64,000 bases of DNA from Verrucomicrobiia bacterium (GTDB lineage: Bacteria; Verrucomicrobiota; Verrucomicrobiia; Limisphaerales; UBA1319), in assembly GCA_963664225.1 (NCBI GenBank), contig OY760937.1, positions 1,536,001 to 1,600,000 of the forward strand. The letters run 5' to 3'. The notes under the pieces were generated by a model. It searched no databases. It saw only the letters and a program-made list of their open reading frames with translations, and had not been told where the DNA came from. Made by a program: the position numbers and the translations under genes. Below, piece by piece: positions 50,801 through 59,147 of this stretch (the first letter of the stretch is position 1; every line of letters begins with the position of its first letter).

Positions 50801-50997
50801 ATGATCTGGGTAACGCTGTTCTCCACCGTCTCCGCAGAGGCTCCAGGGTAAAAGGCCACAATGCGGATGGAAGGTGGAGCGATGGCTGGATACTGGGCAA
50901 TGGGCAGGTTGTAAATGGCCAACCCGCCCAACACCATGATGACGACGGCGACAACCCACGCGAATACCGGCCGTTGCAGAAAGAATCTCGAGATCAT
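47824..50997 (-). CDS. HAE1 RND multidrug efflux permease (AcrB/MexB family)
   Basis: FFLQRPVFAWV, LAIGLLVDDAIVVVENVER, TKNAIL, RFRPIVMTS. Confidence 0.95.
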   Translation of the reverse strand: MISRFFLQRPVFAWVVAVVIMVLGGLAIYNLPIAQYPAIAPPSIRIVAFYPGASAETVENSVTQIIEQKMTGLDKMIYMSSTSDSAGSSMIELTFAPGTDPDIAWVKVQNKLQSAMASLPEVVQQTGVDVGKATKNYLLAVGLISEDGSMSDIDLRDYAQSKLEQVLARVPGVGEIQELGFQYAMRVWLDPDKLTNYRLTVEDVVLALRAYNVEVSAGQFGGAPARKGQRLNVNIIVQSLLKTPDEFANVPLRTNPDGSIVRVKDVGRTELGTDYYDVDVRYNGKPAAGMLIRMEPGANALVTADTIKTKLAEMSRYFPPRMKVVYPYDTTPFVKVAINETVKTLFEAIGLVFVVMYLFMGNIRATLVPTIAVPVVLLGTFGMLGAFGFSINMLTMFAMVLAIGLLVDDAIVVVENVERIMSEEGLSPREATAKSMDQITPALIGIGLVLAAVFGPMAFFGGSTGVLYRQFSVTIVAAMLLSVVVALILSPVLCATLLKPVPKGHESAEGAIWFVRPFFVWFDRAFCRFRDAYVKLVGHALARKLRYLTAFVLIVAGLGFLFARMPKSYLPDEDQGNLFAQIVMPTGATMEQTQEVADEIQRYFQENEKEAVESCMTAVGMGFSGRAQNNGMVFAKLKDWKLRERPDLRVKAIAERAMGAMSKIRSAMVFVFPPPSVIELGMAKGFDFQLLDRGGLGHASLLNARNQMMNMVALDPRLVNVRPNGMEDVPEYRIDVDWEKAGALGAPITSIHNTISAAFGGAYVNNFIQGGRVKRVFVQADTDHRMLPEDLNKIYVRNTSGKMAPFASLASSHWTTGSPRLERYNGFPSMNIWGEAAPGRSSGEAMQAMEEIVSNLPQGVGYDWTGLSYQERMSNAQSAPLYIFSILVIFLCLAALYESWAIPVAILLVLPLGIIGGVIASTLRGLPNDVYFQIGLLTTLGLTTKNAILIIQFAKARAEQGMGLIEATLEATKLRFRPIVMTSLAFGFGVLPLALNTGAGAGAMNAIGTSVLGGMITGTLLAILFAPLFYVVIEKTFGKRKLQSEANSIATTPSANQ

Positions 50998-51009
50998 AAA
51001 GTGTCTGTG

Positions 51010-52224
51010 TTAGTTCGATTTTGGGGCCGCTTGGGCCGCTTGGTTTAGTGGCTCTCTCTCTCTTCCTTCAGTAATGGAAGGAACTTCTTTGACCGGCATT
51101 CCGGGTCGCACACGCTGTATCCCCTCAATGATGGCCCGGTCGCCAGCAGCAAGACCTGAGCTGACGAGCCATTTGTTCCCAAGGCTCCGATCAACGGTAA
51201 GTGACCGCTGCTGAACTTTGCCGTCGGCGTCCACAAGCAGAGCCACGGGATTTCCCTTGTTATTGCGCGATACCGCCTGCTGGGGAATCAGGATGGCCTG
51301 TTCGTTAACACCTTCCTTGACCAACACCCGCACAAACATTCCCGGCAGAAGAGTTCCGTTGGGATTGGGAAAGACCATTCGCAGAATCACTGATCCTGTG
51401 GTTGGCTCCACCGAGATATCACGGAATTGGAGGGTCCCCTCCTGAGCATACGTTGTGCCGTCCTCCAAAAGAAGTTGCACCACGTTCATGTTTGTTCCGC
51501 TATGGTTGATCTGACCTTCCTTGAGGCGGCGCTTCAATCGGAGCAGGTCGGTGGTGGATTGGGGCACGTCCACATAAATAGGATCCAATTGCTGAATGGA
51601 AGCCAGCGCCGTCGGCTGATACGCCGTCACAATGGCGCCATCCGTCACTGTGGAGGTTCCGATACGGCCGGAGATTGGCGACACGACATGAGCGTATCCA
51701 AGGTTGATGCGGGCTGTCTCCACCAATGCCTGGTAATACGCAATATCGGCTTTGGCCTGTTTCAGGGCGGCGGAGACATCATCGAGATCTTGCTGGCTGA
51801 TCGCTTTGTCAGTCAGTGCTTCCTTGTAACGATCCGCCCTCGACTGAAGGGCAGGCAGGTTGGCTTCAGCCCTGCCAAGTGCAGCCTTGGCGTTGTCAAG
51901 TGCCGCCTGAAAGGGAGCAGGATCGATTTGATAAAGTTCCTGGCCGGCTTGAACGTCTGTGCCCTCAGTGAAAAGGCGCTTCTGTATGAGGCCGTTGACC
52001 TGAGGCCGGATATCAGCAATGCGATATGCAGAGGTGCGTCCAGGCAGTTCGATGGTCAGCAAGGCCTGTTGCTGGGCTACCGTCACCGTTGTCACCTCTG
52101 GTACTCGGGGTGGCGGAGCTTGGACCTGGCGATTGCAGGCGGTCATGGAAAGCCCGCACAAGAGGGCTGGCAGAATTGTTTTCCATCTTACAAAATTTTC
52201 AGGAGTCTGGTTATTAAGTTGCAT
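51010..52224 (-). CDS. AcrA/MexA-family RND periplasmic adaptor
   Basis: Lipobox MTAC; ELPGRT, IRPQVNG, LYQIDP, LLPGMFV. Confidence 0.93.
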   Translation of the reverse strand: MQLNNQTPENFVRWKTILPALLCGLSMTACNRQVQAPPPRVPEVTTVTVAQQQALLTIELPGRTSAYRIADIRPQVNGLIQKRLFTEGTDVQAGQELYQIDPAPFQAALDNAKAALGRAEANLPALQSRADRYKEALTDKAISQQDLDDVSAALKQAKADIAYYQALVETARINLGYAHVVSPISGRIGTSTVTDGAIVTAYQPTALASIQQLDPIYVDVPQSTTDLLRLKRRLKEGQINHSGTNMNVVQLLLEDGTTYAQEGTLQFRDISVEPTTGSVILRMVFPNPNGTLLPGMFVRVLVKEGVNEQAILIPQQAVSRNNKGNPVALLVDADGKVQQRSLTVDRSLGNKWLVSSGLAAGDRAIIEGIQRVRPGMPVKEVPSITEGREREPLNQAAQAAPKSN

Positions 52225-52276
52225 TACAATTTAACAGCTTGTTGTCAATGAGTGGGGTACGGTTTCGAGTTGAGCG

Positions 52277-52819
52277 TCACGGCTGATACAAGTCCGAAAG
52301 GTGATTTAGCAAATCTGGGCCTAACAGCACGGGTTTATTCGGATCCCAAACGTATCGGCTTTCGGGGCTCGCCCCGAACATGCGCACTTTGATGTAATTG
52401 GGGTGGGCGACAATGATGGCGTCCCAACGATTCCTTAACTCCAGGTGATGGTGTATGCCGGGCAAATCGGAAGCCGAAAATTGAGTGATCGATAGTTCAT
52501 CAGGTGGTTCACCGACCAGTAGCCCGTATTTCTTTGCAATCGCCTCGGCAATCCTTTTCTTCTCCACCGTGATCCAGCCCTGGGTTGAATACCAGTTCGC
52601 CAGGTCCTGATGGGGAACATTCAACGTTGTTATCCCGCTGCGGAAACTCAGAAATGTGAATCCCTCTTCGGTCGGCAGGGCCGTTTCGCGTAACAACCAG
52701 GTGAGTTCGTCGTCATTGAGGCCATCCCCAACACACGTTCGAGTTACTCTGATCGTGTCCAATAGACGGGTAATGGGCTTGGAAACCGCTTGGGCATTGG
52801 GTGCGCTTGGGTTGGTCAT
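52277..52819 (-). CDS. Hypothetical protein
   Basis: 180-aa co-oriented ORF between trx and the adaptor gene; no motif recognised. Confidence 0.6.
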   Translation of the reverse strand: MTNPSAPNAQAVSKPITRLLDTIRVTRTCVGDGLNDDELTWLLRETALPTEEGFTFLSFRSGITTLNVPHQDLANWYSTQGWITVEKKRIAEAIAKKYGLLVGEPPDELSITQFSASDLPGIHHHLELRNRWDAIIVAHPNYIKVRMFGASPESRYVWDPNKPVLLGPDLLNHLSDLYQP

Positions 52820-52906
52820 ACGTTTAAGGACTGGTTACTCGTCGAGGGTCATTAGCTTGGTCTTCGTCATCTGGATATCGCATTGGTCTCTGGACGGGTT
52901 GGGGAT

Positions 52907-53251
52907 TCAAACTCTGGAGAGGAAAGGCTCCAATTTGGACAAAATCGCTTCTTTGCTGGCGGTCCCGACGATTCGGACGCACACCTTGCCGCTGACGAAG
53001 CAGAGCAAAGCTGGGATGGATTCGATGTCATAAAAAATTCCAAGATCTGGATGGTCATCCGCGTTGACCTTCAAGAATTTCACCTTCCCGGCGCACGCGC
53101 TCATGACTTCGTCCAGCACAGGTCTGATAATGCGGCAAGCTTGGCTCCACGGAGCCAAGAACACCACCACTACTGGCCGCTCTGACATCAGAACCACCGA
53201 CTCGAAGTTCTTTTCACCGATTTCAACGTTCTGTGTGTTGTCCGTGTTCAT
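52907..53251 (-). CDS. Thioredoxin-fold protein with an SxxC active site
   Basis: PVVVVFLAPWSQACR...KVNADD...IESIPAL. Confidence 0.8.
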   Translation of the reverse strand: MNTDNTQNVEIGEKNFESVVLMSERPVVVVFLAPWSQACRIIRPVLDEVMSACAGKVKFLKVNADDHPDLGIFYDIESIPALLCFVSGKVCVRIVGTASKEAILSKLEPFLSRV

Positions 53252-53287
53252 GCTTTTGATTGAATCACATATTCTATCGCTCCTTAA

Positions 53288-53405
53288 ACATGACCTGTGC
53301 CAACCTGATAACATATTTATATTATATTGCACTACAACGTGTTACATATACATTCACGTCGACAGCATACGGGTCTTATACTTGAACGTTCAATATATTG
53401 GCCGA
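53288..53405 (-). promoter_or_regulatory. Sigma54 promoter plus upstream activator site for the trx-RND operon
   Basis: TTGGCAC-N5-ATGT (degenerate -12); 35-bp block at 53371-53405 matching 57898-57932. Confidence 0.6.
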
Positions 53406-53449
53406 ATAAAGTTGTGAAGCCGTTCGGTTTCTGAAAGGATTCAACTCCA

Positions 53450-55081
53450 GTGGAATCAAACAATGATACTCGGTTCAATCCGAATTTCGCCATGCGCTTG
53501 CTCTTGGATATCGCGCATGAGCAATCAGTGGAGCGCCTGCTGCAAAGGATCATTCGGAGTGCAATGGAGCGGACTCACGTGGCCTGCGTCCAAATCTGGT
53601 TGGTTGATAAAGGAGACCGCTGCTCCGTTTGTCCTCAAAGATCGAAGTGTCCTGATCAAACCCGCTGCCTGCACTTGGCTGCTGGCGGGGGCAAATCGTT
53701 CTCTGATTCCGCCGTGCGTGTTCCGCGTTTCGACGATCCAAACGCTCGGTTGCCGCTGGGAATTGGCCTGGTAGGAAAGGTTGTTGCGACAGGTCAGCAG
53801 CTTATTCTGAGAGACTTGGACAAAAGGCCCGAAGAGTTGGCTGAGTTTGACTGGGTAGAGGGTGAACGGCTTCGAGTGTTCACTGGGTCGCCGATCACTT
53901 TCAAAGGCGAGGCTTTGGGAGTCGCAGCCGCATTTGTCCGTGAGGACATGCCAGATGATGTGTTCCCTTGGGGGCAAATCTTTGCCGACCATATTGGCGC
54001 CGCAATCGTCAGCGCGCGGGACTTTGAGGAGATTCAGCGGCTCAAGGCGCAGCTAGAACAGCAGAACACCTACTTGCAGGAGGAGGTGGTGGAAGCCAAG
54101 GCCTTCGGCGACATGATCGGCCAAAGTGCAGCCCTGCGACAGATCGTCAGCCAGATTGACCTGGTGGCACCGACGGAAGCCTCGGTCCTGATCCTGGGTG
54201 ATACCGGCACCGGCAAGGAATTGGTCGCGCACGAGATTCATCGTCGCAGCCGGCGCAAGGACAACCCGCTGGTCCGGGTCAATTGCGCTTCGATCCCCAA
54301 GGAGTTATTTGAAAGCGAGTTGTTCGGCCACGTGAAAGGTGCTTTCACAAGTGCAATCAAGGACAGGCCAGGTCGTTTCGAAACAGCCGAGGGCGGGACT
54401 CTGTTTCTGGATGAAATTGGGGAATTGCCCATGGAAATGCAGGCCAAACTTCTGCGCGTCCTGCAGGAAAAACGTTATGAACGCGTGGGAGATGACCGAA
54501 CGCGGCATGCCAATGTACGAATCATCGCAGCCACTAATCGGGACATGAAGAAGGAAGTGGCGGCCCGACGTTTCCGTGAAGACCTGTATTACCGGCTCCA
54601 CGTTTTCCCGATCCACGTCACCACTCTGAAGGAGCGAAAGGATGACATTCCGCTCCTGGTGAAGCATTTCGTCGAGCTATCGGTGAAGGAACTCAGATGT
54701 CCCAAACCCCGGCTGACTCTGGCGGCGGTAACCAAGCTTCAGAATTACGACTGGCCGGGCAATGTTCGGGAATTACGCAACGTGATCGAACGGGCAGTCA
54801 TCCTGGCACGGGGTGGTGCTCTATTCTTCGACTTACCAACGACAGATACCGCCCCCCTTCCTCCGTCCTCATCCGCGTCCCATCCCATCGGGAAGGCTGC
54901 CAACGAGTATTTCACCGAGGCGGAAATGCAGCAGCGTGAGCGCGAGAACCTCATCACGATTCTCGAAAGGGCCGGATGGAAGATCAAAGGTCCAGACGGA
55001 GCGGCGGAACGTCTGGGAGTAAAACCGACCACTATATTCGAGCGGATGAAGAGAATGGGGATCAAGCGCCCCGGAAAATGA
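53450..55081 (+). CDS. GAF-AAA+-HTH sigma54-dependent activator (FhlA/HyfR-like)
   Basis: GDTGTGKE, ESELFGHVKGAFT, FLDEIGE, WPGNVRELRN, C-terminal HTH; Cys cluster CSVCPQRSKC...C in the GAF region. Confidence 0.93.
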   Translation: MESNNDTRFNPNFAMRLLLDIAHEQSVERLLQRIIRSAMERTHVACVQIWLVDKGDRCSVCPQRSKCPDQTRCLHLAAGGGKSFSDSAVRVPRFDDPNARLPLGIGLVGKVVATGQQLILRDLDKRPEELAEFDWVEGERLRVFTGSPITFKGEALGVAAAFVREDMPDDVFPWGQIFADHIGAAIVSARDFEEIQRLKAQLEQQNTYLQEEVVEAKAFGDMIGQSAALRQIVSQIDLVAPTEASVLILGDTGTGKELVAHEIHRRSRRKDNPLVRVNCASIPKELFESELFGHVKGAFTSAIKDRPGRFETAEGGTLFLDEIGELPMEMQAKLLRVLQEKRYERVGDDRTRHANVRIIAATNRDMKKEVAARRFREDLYYRLHVFPIHVTTLKERKDDIPLLVKHFVELSVKELRCPKPRLTLAAVTKLQNYDWPGNVRELRNVIERAVILARGGALFFDLPTTDTAPLPPSSSASHPIGKAANEYFTEAEMQQRERENLITILERAGWKIKGPDGAAERLGVKPTTIFERMKRMGIKRPGK

Positions 55082-55180
55082 CTTTGGTTCTCAGAACCCT
55101 TTTTCGCCCCTTTAGCGACGCGCTGCGATTTCGCTGTCGGTGATTGCGGAAGCCAGCCAGCCTTTTTGCAGCCGGTCCAT

Positions 55181-55606
55181 TCAATTTGAGGGCCGGTCGG
55201 ATTGGGTGCGCAAAGAGAGCCGAGTGATCTCTCCGCGTTGGCACATGTCGAGGACTCGCGCCACGTGCTTGTAAGGCCCGTTCTCGTCCGCACGGATATA
55301 TACCACCATATTTGGATTGGCGCCGTGAGCCTGGGTCAGTTCAATTTCCAGCTGAGAAAAGTTGATGGGTTGGCCCCCCAGACGGTAATCCCCATCGGTG
55401 GTGATCTCAACGGTGCGGATATCGTCCTTGGTCAGTTTCTTGGCATCGTTTCTGCCGCCCGACGGTAAGTTCGTGCGGATGCTCTGCTCCAGCAAGGGCG
55501 TGGTAATGACAAAGATGATGAGTAGCACGAACACCAAATCCAGTAGAGGAGTGACGTTGATCTCGGTCAATGTCACCAGGGAATTCTTCCGGGAAAAACG
55601 GCGCAT
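55181..55606 (-). CDS. ExbD/TolR family protein, orphan
   Basis: EINVTPLLDLVFVLLIIFVITTP, IRADE. Confidence 0.9.
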   Translation of the reverse strand: MRRFSRKNSLVTLTEINVTPLLDLVFVLLIIFVITTPLLEQSIRTNLPSGGRNDAKKLTKDDIRTVEITTDGDYRLGGQPINFSQLEIELTQAHGANPNMVVYIRADENGPYKHVARVLDMCQRGEITRLSLRTQSDRPSN

Positions 55607-55609
55607 GGC

Positions 55610-57703
55610 TCAGCGTCGGACCGGATCATCCCGGTCCGTCATTATTGTTCTGGTGGCACTGCTTAGGTGCTGGCGTGCCCGACCAAGCGCCTGAAGCGGA
55701 AAGTAATGACGATACATGTTGTAGTTGATCATGAAGCCGCGGGCCAATTCGCGGCCTTGTGCAAGCATGGTTGTGTTTTTGTTCAGGTCAATGCGCTCCC
55801 CGATTCCGTAGCCCGGGAAACCACAACCAACGTAGTCTGGCTCATTCCATGTGCCAGCCATCTGATGATTCACCAGCCAGTTTACTCCCCGGCGTATTGC
55901 GGGATCGAATTCGTGACCGCCAATTGCCAGCAGGCCGATCAAGGCCCAAGCGGTTTGGGAAGGCGTGTTCGGGCCTGTGCCCCGCAAGGTATCATCCATG
56001 TAGGACCCGCAAGACTCACCCCATCCGCCGTCTTGACTTTGTTTGGATGCCAGCCATTGCCCAGCCCGTCGAACTCGCGGGTCTTCCATGTCAAAGCCGA
56101 CGGCCCGCAGCCCCGGCAAGACCAGCGCGGTGCCGTAAAGGTGGTTGACCCCCCACCGTCCAAACCAGCTCCCTTCCGGTTCTTGCTCGCTCATGACATA
56201 GTCCACGGCACGTTTTACGGCGGGGTCAGTTATGGTGCAGCCCATGAGACCGAGTGCTTCCAGCTTGTGCCCCGTTAGATCAGCGCTGGGAGGATCTAAT
56301 ATTTCGCCAAAATCGCAGAATGGTATCCTGGTGAGAATCCATTTGTCATTGTCCTTATCGAAAGCTCCCCACCCCCCACTCGAAGACTGCATTGCCCTCA
56401 CCCATGCTTCAGCTCGTTCGAGTGCGGTGTCAATGCGCGTGTGGTATTCCACAGGGACCCGCCTGCGGATTCGGGCCAGGACGATGATGGCAACGGCAGT
56501 GTCGTCCAGGTCCGGGTAAAACGTATTCGCCCGCTCGAAGGCCCAGCCGCCGCACTCGACTCCCTTGACCGTCATCGCCCAATCGCCTTTGACCAGAATC
56601 TGCTTGTTCAGAATCCAATCCAGAGCGGGGAGCATCTGGGGAAAACTGTTCACGGTTGCGTCGCAATCAAGCAAAGCTTGGAGAGTTAGCAGCGTATCCC
56701 AGACTGGCGATTCGCTCGCCTGGAGATGCGTTGCTCCATCCCTCTCGTAAGACCAGTGCTGGTTCCAGGCATCGAGGCCTTTCTGTATCGCGGGATGACC
56801 CAACAAGTAACCTTCTGTCTTGAGCGCCAATAAGCTGTATATCCAAGGCGGCTGGATTCCGCCCCAGGCTCCGTCCGAATCCTGATGCCTCAGTATCCAT
56901 TCCAGGCACAGTTTAATGGAAGTCTCACGTCCTGGTTTCCAAGGGCTGCTTATGTATATGTGTAACAACTTCTCGTTCAGTCGGAAATACGCGGGCCAAA
57001 ACCCTGTCATCCTTTTCGGCATCGCATAATCGAATCGTTCCCGCCCATCGGGGAATAGTTCGTCCAATCGGGATTTGGACGGCAAATAGCGGACAGGGCG
57101 TCGGGCCGAGACAATCGCCAAGGGGACAATGGTAGCCCGAACCCAGCTGGCAAACCAATAAAGATTGAACGGAGTCCACGTGGGTAGGCAAATCATTTCG
57201 GGAGGGACTGCCGGGGTTTGTCCCCACGGCCATTCGCCGATTAGAGCAAGCCAGATGCGAGTGAAGTTACGAATTTTGCCCAGGCCACCGTGGGATAGTA
57301 TCCACTCCCGTGCCTTCCGCACCGGGGGATCATTTGCCGCAAAACCCGAACATCTTAACGCGGCGTAGCATTCGACCGTGGTATTTATGTCCCCCATGGG
57401 CGCCTGGTGATATACCTCCCAGGATCCGTCCGATCGCTGTTCGTTTAGGATGGCACGAATCACCCCCGGAACCTTTGGGTCGCTTTCCACACCTAAGAAA
57501 TGCATCCCCAGAATCCACTGCGCTTCCATGCAGCAGTTTGATTCGAGCATGCCAACCCAAAAGCCCTCCGGTTGCTGCTGGTCTGACAGCCACTGCAAAC
57601 CCTTCGAGATAGCTTGATTAAGCGGAGAGGTCTCTTCTGCCAGGCATTTTTTGCTCCCGCAGGAGAGGCTGGTTGCATTCACCTGCGCCGAGGACGCTAG
57701 CAT
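55610..57703 (-). CDS. shc: Squalene-hopene cyclase
   Basis: QW repeats, SPVWDT, YPDLDDTA (DxDD), WFGRWGVN, GFMINYNMYRHYFPL. Confidence 0.93.
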   Translation of the reverse strand: MLASSAQVNATSLSCGSKKCLAEETSPLNQAISKGLQWLSDQQQPEGFWVGMLESNCCMEAQWILGMHFLGVESDPKVPGVIRAILNEQRSDGSWEVYHQAPMGDINTTVECYAALRCSGFAANDPPVRKAREWILSHGGLGKIRNFTRIWLALIGEWPWGQTPAVPPEMICLPTWTPFNLYWFASWVRATIVPLAIVSARRPVRYLPSKSRLDELFPDGRERFDYAMPKRMTGFWPAYFRLNEKLLHIYISSPWKPGRETSIKLCLEWILRHQDSDGAWGGIQPPWIYSLLALKTEGYLLGHPAIQKGLDAWNQHWSYERDGATHLQASESPVWDTLLTLQALLDCDATVNSFPQMLPALDWILNKQILVKGDWAMTVKGVECGGWAFERANTFYPDLDDTAVAIIVLARIRRRVPVEYHTRIDTALERAEAWVRAMQSSSGGWGAFDKDNDKWILTRIPFCDFGEILDPPSADLTGHKLEALGLMGCTITDPAVKRAVDYVMSEQEPEGSWFGRWGVNHLYGTALVLPGLRAVGFDMEDPRVRRAGQWLASKQSQDGGWGESCGSYMDDTLRGTGPNTPSQTAWALIGLLAIGGHEFDPAIRRGVNWLVNHQMAGTWNEPDYVGCGFPGYGIGERIDLNKNTTMLAQGRELARGFMINYNMYRHYFPLQALGRARQHLSSATRTIMTDRDDPVRR

Positions 57704-57813
57704 ATAGACTGTTTCGTTACCACTGACGCGAGGTTCGTTCCGGCAGTTTCACCGTTCTGGGTTTTGTCAGTGTTCATGTATTGCGACGACATTTCATATC
57801 TGCCGTGCTTATC

Positions 57814-57932
57814 GCAAGAGGTGTGCCAAACTATTGAATATATACTTATCACGCTTATTGTGAACATGTTATGAATCTTGCGAAGCAAGATTATTATGGG
57901 TCTGTTTATTGAACGTCCAAATATATGGCTGA
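57814..57932 (-). promoter_or_regulatory. Sigma54 promoter plus upstream activator site for shc
   Basis: Canonical TTGGCAC-ACCTC-TTGC at 57829-57814; activator-site block at 57898-57932. Confidence 0.75.
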
Positions 57933-58371
57933 TTTGATTAGCCATCCGCATTCTGAGAACATCCGCACGTTGCAGATCAACTGGAGGGCGAAACGCTTTA
58001 AACCCAGATTCAGTTCCCAAGGATTCAGTGTGGAGAATTCATCCCCCGCGGCACGCAGTAAGCCAGCAACAGCCGAAACCGGCAAGGCGCGGTCGCTTGC
58101 GCCCGATTCTGAGGGTTGAAGATCGACGTTCGAAAATATTTGAAAGACGTGCTGCACCCACTGTCCCAGTGGCCAGTGCCCACCCGGACCAAATGACGTC
58201 GCTAGCCTGGCGAAACGCCAGCAACCAAAAACCATCTAATTGGATTCTTGGAAATCAGGGAGTCCAGTAACTGGTTCACTTTTACCCAGGGTCCCTTCGC
58301 CAATCCATTCATTCACTTGAATAGATTACCCTGCCCGGTCCCTTGCCGCCTATATGGTGTTGCCCACGCCA

Positions 58372-58576
58372 ATACGGTTACCCGCGTTTGGATGAACACA
58401 AGCAAGTGCATAAAGAATATTTGAGTCAGGTTGAGCAGATACGGGAAAACTCAAAGACCTCAGCGGGAGACATGGTTTACGAATTATTTTTCTTTTTAAA
58501 GGAATGGTGCTTAAATCATATCATCCAAATGGACTGCGAATATTCACTCGTTTTAAATCGTCCTGAGCAAAAATGA
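58372..58576 (+). pseudogene. C-terminal half of a bacteriohemerythrin
   Basis: YGYPRLDEHKQVH...FLKEWCLNHIIQMD; the N-terminal iron ligands are missing. Confidence 0.7.
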
Positions 58577-59010
58577 TGTGACTCAAGGATCGGGATTGTT
58601 CCTTGGACCTCAAGATACCGTTCAATTTCATTTATCAATTTCATGTTTCTGTTACGTTTCCTCAGTAAACCCTTGTCCAGGAGACGAACGAGAAGCATGA
58701 ATCCTGATCGCGATGTTTTGAATTTCAACAGACGTGAAAGCTCTCTTGTCGAGGGTATGGATTTACCATGCCTGGCTCTTTGTTAGATGATTTCAATCGC
58801 TGCCTGCTCATCGTGAGACAATTCAGGGGTTTCTTTGGAGATAGCATTGAGCTCAGTCAATATGTCACAAAGGGTACGAAGAGGCTTGCCCATATCGTAA
58901 ACCTCCTCATCGCTGCTATTCCCAGATCGACCTGCGATCCGTTTCAAATTCCTTGCGTCCAAAACAGACCCGCGATTCTGTAGATAATCAGACACCTTCA
59001 ACCTCGACAA
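58516..59010 (-). pseudogene. Interrupted ORF containing a LexA-type winged helix
   Basis: Two same-frame ORFs separated by a single TAA (58783-58785) read LSHDEQAAIEII*QRARHGKSIPSTRELSRLLKFKTSRSGFMLLVRLLDKGLLRK. Confidence 0.55.
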
Positions 59011-59043
59011 GGTTGCATAAACGGCTCAATGTCCAGTTTATTA

Positions 59044-59076
59044 AACCGCCATGAAAAAGAATATTTCATGGCGGTT
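59044..59076. terminator. 13-bp hairpin, likely terminator of the beta-helix gene
   Basis: AACCGCCATGAAA-N7-TTTCATGGCGGTT. Confidence 0.55.
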
Positions 59077-59147
59077 ATTGAAATGTCGAGCATGCTCGAT
59101 ATATCCGAAATATGGATCGACTCTATTTAATGCAATACAATGACATT

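Noticed and set aside
57906..58270. Several short ORFs upstream of shc
   Set aside because: No recognisable motifs, and they overlap the shc regulatory region.
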